The notes under the pieces were generated by a model that was not told the DNA's origin, searched no databases, and saw only the letters and a program-made list of their open reading frames with translations. A DNA stretch of 64,000 nt from an uncultured delta proteobacterium (GTDB lineage: Bacteria; Myxococcota_A; UBA9160; SMWR01), in NCBI GenBank assembly GCA_963832165.1, contig CAWHTE010000003.1, forward strand, positions 1-64,000, written 5' to 3'. The position numbers and the translations under genes are program-made. Each line of letters starts with the position of its first letter. The stretch's first letter is position 1. This document shows, one piece after another, positions 59,485 to 64,000 of this stretch.

Positions 59485-60650
59485 TCATCGACATCGATTC
59501 CCACTTCGAACCGGGCTCGGACTGGCTCGAGCCCTATCCGGACCTCGCCCGGCGGCTGCCGAAGGTGGATCCCGGGCTGCTCGCCGTGCACACGATCGTG
59601 GGCGACCTCTTGCGCGACGTACCCGAGCGCGAGCGGCCGCCGGTCGCGGACCTCCTGCCGCCGGGACTGCTCACGCTGTTCGGCGACGAGAAGGCCGGCG
59701 AGGCCGCGCGCCGCGCCGAGTTCGCGGGCAAGCAGCAGTTCCAGAAAGCGAACGCGAGCGCGCGCGTTGCGTGGCTGGACGGGCAGGGCATCGCGCTCCA
59801 GAACGTGATCTGTCTGTCCGGCATCGCACAGACGCTGTTCGTCGAGGACCGCGCGCTGCGCCAGGAGACGCTCGCAGCCAGCAACAGCTGGCTCGCGGAC
59901 ACCTGCGACGAGGCGGGCGGGCGCCTGCTGCCCGTGACCGTGCTCGAGTTCGAGGACGTCGACTGGATCGTGCGCGAGCTCACGCGCATGCGCGGACGCG
60001 GCAGCCGGATCTTCCTCGTGCCGGGTTATCCCGTGAACGGCATTCCGCCGAGCCATCCGAGCTGGGACCGCGTGTGGTCGGCGGCCACGGATCTCGGCAT
60101 GGCGCCGATGCTCCACACGGGATTCGAGCACACGCGGATCGATCCGGGCTGGGCCAACGTCGGCGCCGACGTCACGTTCCTGCGCCAGTTCGGCGGCAGC
60201 TTCCGCCACGTCGCCCCGATGACCCTGATCAACTCGATGATCTACAGCGGCGTGTTCGAGCGGCACCCGCGCCTCACGCTGCTGGTCGCAGAGGTCGGCG
60301 TGGGCTGGCTCCCGTTCCTGTACCGCGAGATCGACGACCGCATCTCGCCGACCGCGGAGCTCTTCCTGGGCAGCTGGAAGTACCCGATGAAGCCCTCCGA
60401 GTACCTCGCGCGCAACGTGCGCGGAACGCCGCTCGCGGGCGGCAACGACACGCCGATCGCGAAGATCATCGAAGAGCTGCCCGACGACATGATCGTGTTC
60501 TCGTCCGACTTCCCGCACTTCGAGGGCTTCACCGACCCGATCGGCCACTACGAGAAGGCGCTCGGCGATCTGAAGCCCGAGCGGCGCGAGCGGTTCTTCG
60601 GCGACGCGATCGCCGAGGTGTACGCGCGCATGGGAGATCCGATTCGATGA
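59481..60650 (+). CDS. Amidohydrolase family 2 protein
   Basis: DIDSH, MLHTG, AEVGVGW, FSSDFPH. Confidence 0.88.
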   Translation: MIIDIDSHFEPGSDWLEPYPDLARRLPKVDPGLLAVHTIVGDLLRDVPERERPPVADLLPPGLLTLFGDEKAGEAARRAEFAGKQQFQKANASARVAWLDGQGIALQNVICLSGIAQTLFVEDRALRQETLAASNSWLADTCDEAGGRLLPVTVLEFEDVDWIVRELTRMRGRGSRIFLVPGYPVNGIPPSHPSWDRVWSAATDLGMAPMLHTGFEHTRIDPGWANVGADVTFLRQFGGSFRHVAPMTLINSMIYSGVFERHPRLTLLVAEVGVGWLPFLYREIDDRISPTAELFLGSWKYPMKPSEYLARNVRGTPLAGGNDTPIAKIIEELPDDMIVFSSDFPHFEGFTDPIGHYEKALGDLKPERRERFFGDAIAEVYARMGDPIR

Positions 60651-61417
60651 ACGCCGAGAAGCTGCGCTCGCTCTTCGACATGACGGATCGCGTGGTGATC
60701 GTGACGGGCGCCACGCGCGGAATCGGCCGCGCGCTCGCCGAGGGCTACGTGGCGGCGGGCGCCAAGGTGGTCGTGACGAGCCGCAAGGCCGCCGCGTGCG
60801 ACGAGACCGCGAAACATCTGCGCGCGCAGGGAGGCGAGGTGCTCGCGGTGCCGTGTCACGTGGGCGATCTCGACGCGCTGCGCGAGCTCGTGGAGCGCAC
60901 CGCCTCCGAATTCGGCGCGATCGACGTGATCGTGAACAACGCGGCCAACGCGCTCGCGCAGCCGCACGGGGAGTACACGCCGGAGGCGTGGGCGAAGTCG
61001 CTCGACGTCAACCTGCGCGGGCCCGTGTTCCTGGTCCAGGAGGCGCTGCCGTATCTGAAGCAGAGCCGGCACGCCGCGGTGCTCAACGTGCTCTCGGGCT
61101 CCGCGTTCCTGTTCTCCTCGTTCGTCTCGCTCTACGGGATCGGCAAGGCCGGCCTCATGGCCGCGACGCGCTCGATGGCCGCCGAGTACGCGCCGCACGG
61201 CATTCGCGTGAACGCGCTCTCGCCCGGCACCACCGACACCGACATGGTGCGCAAGAACACACCCGAGATGCAGGAGGTGATGGTCCGGATGCAGCTCCTG
61301 CCGCGCATGGCCGACCCCGACGAGCTGGTCGGGCCCGCGCTGCTGCTGACCTCGGACGCGGGCAGCTTCATCACGGGTCACGTCGTGTTCGCCGACGGAG
61401 GGATGGTGCCGCGATGA
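60647..61417 (+). CDS. SDR oxidoreductase
   Basis: TGATRGIG, NNAA, YGIGK. Confidence 0.9.
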   Translation: MNAEKLRSLFDMTDRVVIVTGATRGIGRALAEGYVAAGAKVVVTSRKAAACDETAKHLRAQGGEVLAVPCHVGDLDALRELVERTASEFGAIDVIVNNAANALAQPHGEYTPEAWAKSLDVNLRGPVFLVQEALPYLKQSRHAAVLNVLSGSAFLFSSFVSLYGIGKAGLMAATRSMAAEYAPHGIRVNALSPGTTDTDMVRKNTPEMQEVMVRMQLLPRMADPDELVGPALLLTSDAGSFITGHVVFADGGMVPR

Positions 61418-61809
61418 GCGAGAGCTACGCGTTCAGCAAGCTGATCGTCCACGATCTCGAGAAGATGTCCACGTTCTATCGCGATGTATACGGGCTGCAT
61501 GCCGTGAATCGCGTGCGCGGCCACAGCATCGGCGGCGAGGAGATCGACGAGATCATGGTGTCCGCCGACCCGCAGGCGCAGTATGGGTCTCTGGTGCTGC
61601 TCAAGTATCTCGGGCGCGGGCCGTCGCCGAGCGGCGAGCTGATCCTCGGATTCACCACCGACGACCTGCCCGGGCTGCTCGAGCGCGTGTGCGCGGCGGG
61701 CGGAAGCGTTCACGCGCCGATCAAGGAGATTCCCGAGATGAAGCTGCGCGTGGCGTTCGCCACCGATCCGGAGGGTCATCTCGCCGAGCTCGTGCAGATG
61801 CTCGCGTGA
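61414..61809 (+). CDS. VOC/glyoxalase family protein
   Basis: VHDLE...FYRDVYG...ATDPEGHLAE. Confidence 0.88.
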   Translation: MSESYAFSKLIVHDLEKMSTFYRDVYGLHAVNRVRGHSIGGEEIDEIMVSADPQAQYGSLVLLKYLGRGPSPSGELILGFTTDDLPGLLERVCAAGGSVHAPIKEIPEMKLRVAFATDPEGHLAELVQMLA

Positions 61810-61854
61810 GCGGCGATCGTTCCCCCAACTCGAACTGCGCGGAGGTCCCAGGCG

Positions 61855-62684
<830 letters not shown>

Positions 62685-62685
<1 letters not shown>

Positions 62686-63815
62686 TGCTCTTCCACTTCG
62701 ACTTCGCCAACTACTTCAGGATGGTCCGCCTCGCGTGGCACGAGAAGAATCCGCGCGCGCGCCGCACCTATCTCGCGAAGCTCGTGTTGTGGGTGCCGCC
62801 GGTCGCGCTGTTCCACGCGGTGTGCTTCTTCCTCGACGGGATCCTGTTCCCGGGCCTGCACCGCACCGCGATCCGCACGCCGGTTTTCGTGGTCGGCCAC
62901 GCGCGCAGCGGTACGACGCTCGTGCACCGGCTCATGAGCGAGGACGGCGAGCGCTTCAGCTCGTTCCGGCTCTACGAGATGTTCTTCCCGTCGCTCTTGC
63001 AGAAGAAGGTGATCCGCGCGATCGGCGCGTTCGATCGCCGGTTCCTCGGCGGCTTCTTCGAGCGGATCGCGCTCGCCTACGACGAGAAGACCTACGGCGC
63101 TTCGCGCGCGATCCATCCGACGGGGCTGTTCGAGACGGAGGAAGACGACCAGGTCCTCTACTACTCGATGGCCGCGGGCTTCTGGATCACGAAGATGCCC
63201 TACATGGGCGATCTCGACTTCTACTACGTCGACCGCTGGCCCGAGCGCCGCCGCCGGCGCCTGATGCGCTTCTACGCCGACTGCATCCGGCGCCAGCTCT
63301 ATCTGAACGGGCGCGACCGGATCCATCTGTCCAAGAACCCGGTGTTTCCGGGCCGGCTCGAGACGCTGCTCGAGGCGTTCCCCGACGCGCGCATCGTGGT
63401 GCCGATGCGCAACCCGTACGAGACGATCCCGTCGCTGCTCGAGCTGATCCGCTCGGGCTGGAAGAGCCTCGGCTGGGACGAGGCGCGCCAGCAGCGCTGC
63501 TTGAAGATCCTCGCCGATCAGTCGTTCGACACCTATCTCTATCCGCTCGCCGTGCTCGCGCGGCATCCCGAGGTCGAGCACGCGGTCGTCGACTATCGCG
63601 ACCTCGTCGCCGACCCCGCAGCGACGATCGAGCAGGTCTACTGCGCGCTCGGCCTGGAGATCTCGCCCGAGTACCGCGAAGTGCTGCTGGCCGAGGGCAA
63701 GCGCGCGCGCAAACACAAGTCGGGACACAGCTACAGTCTCGAGAAGTTCGGGCTCGACGCGGACGCGATCCGCAGCGGGCTCGCGGAGCTGTTCGATCGC
63801 TACGGATGGGACTAG
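62685..63815 (+). CDS. PAPS-dependent sulfotransferase family protein
   Basis: PVFVVGHARSGTT (5'-PSB), SKNP, MRNPYETIPS (3'-PB), HSYSLEKFGL. Confidence 0.88.
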
Positions 63816-63826
63816 AGGAGAGCGAG

Positions 63827-64000
63827 ATGGGAGATGCACAGAAGGATCTGCGCGCGGCGTGGGACGATCTGATCGCCGAGCTCGAGCGCGCGCGCGACGC
63901 GATCGACCAGCCCGAGCTCATGCCCGCGCCGCCGAGCGACCGCAATCTCGCCGAGGGCTACCGCTACCTCGCGGGCTTCATGCACAGCGCGATCGAGCGC
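63827..64000 (+). CDS. Conserved protein, 3' truncated (DUF1214-like, sulfotransferase-associated)
   Basis: GAGGAG RBS; AWDDLIAEL...AEGYRYLAG. Confidence 0.6.
   Translation, partial: MGDAQKDLRAAWDDLIAELERARDAIDQPELMPAPPSDRNLAEGYRYLAGFMHSAIER

Overview
A high-GC bacterial window. Gene content (PEP-CTERM proteins, RAYT-like Y1 transposases, a DUF222-like HNH gene, many SDRs and amidohydrolases) suggests a Myxococcota/deltaproteobacterial-type lineage; this is inference. It holds about 55 CDS, one tRNA-Thr(CGT), a dispersed GTAG-type REP family, two Y1/RAYT-like transposase genes, and an IS481-family element inserted in an HNH gene bracketed by palindromes. Three loci stand out. (1) 10.1-23.0 kb is an atypical cellulose locus: a secreted GH8 endoglucanase fused N-terminally to a BcsA-type GT2 synthase with PilZ, a BcsC-like TPR/beta-barrel protein, no visible bcsB, three further cellulases (GH6, CBM2-CBM2-GH5, GH5-PEP-CTERM) and an MFS transporter. 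It lies among stress genes that share sigma54-type motifs. (2) 33.7-42.1 kb encodes a YtkA/FixH-like lipoprotein, two MauG/MbnH-like di-haem enzymes and a ~1750-aa PEP-CTERM protein fusing a galactose-oxidase-like copper radical oxidase to a di-haem domain. (3) At 51.8-53.9 kb an IS481 insertion creates an in-frame transposase-HNH ORF. Four genes carry single +1 frameshifts that look like assembly errors. All calls come from reading motifs by eye; no database search was run.
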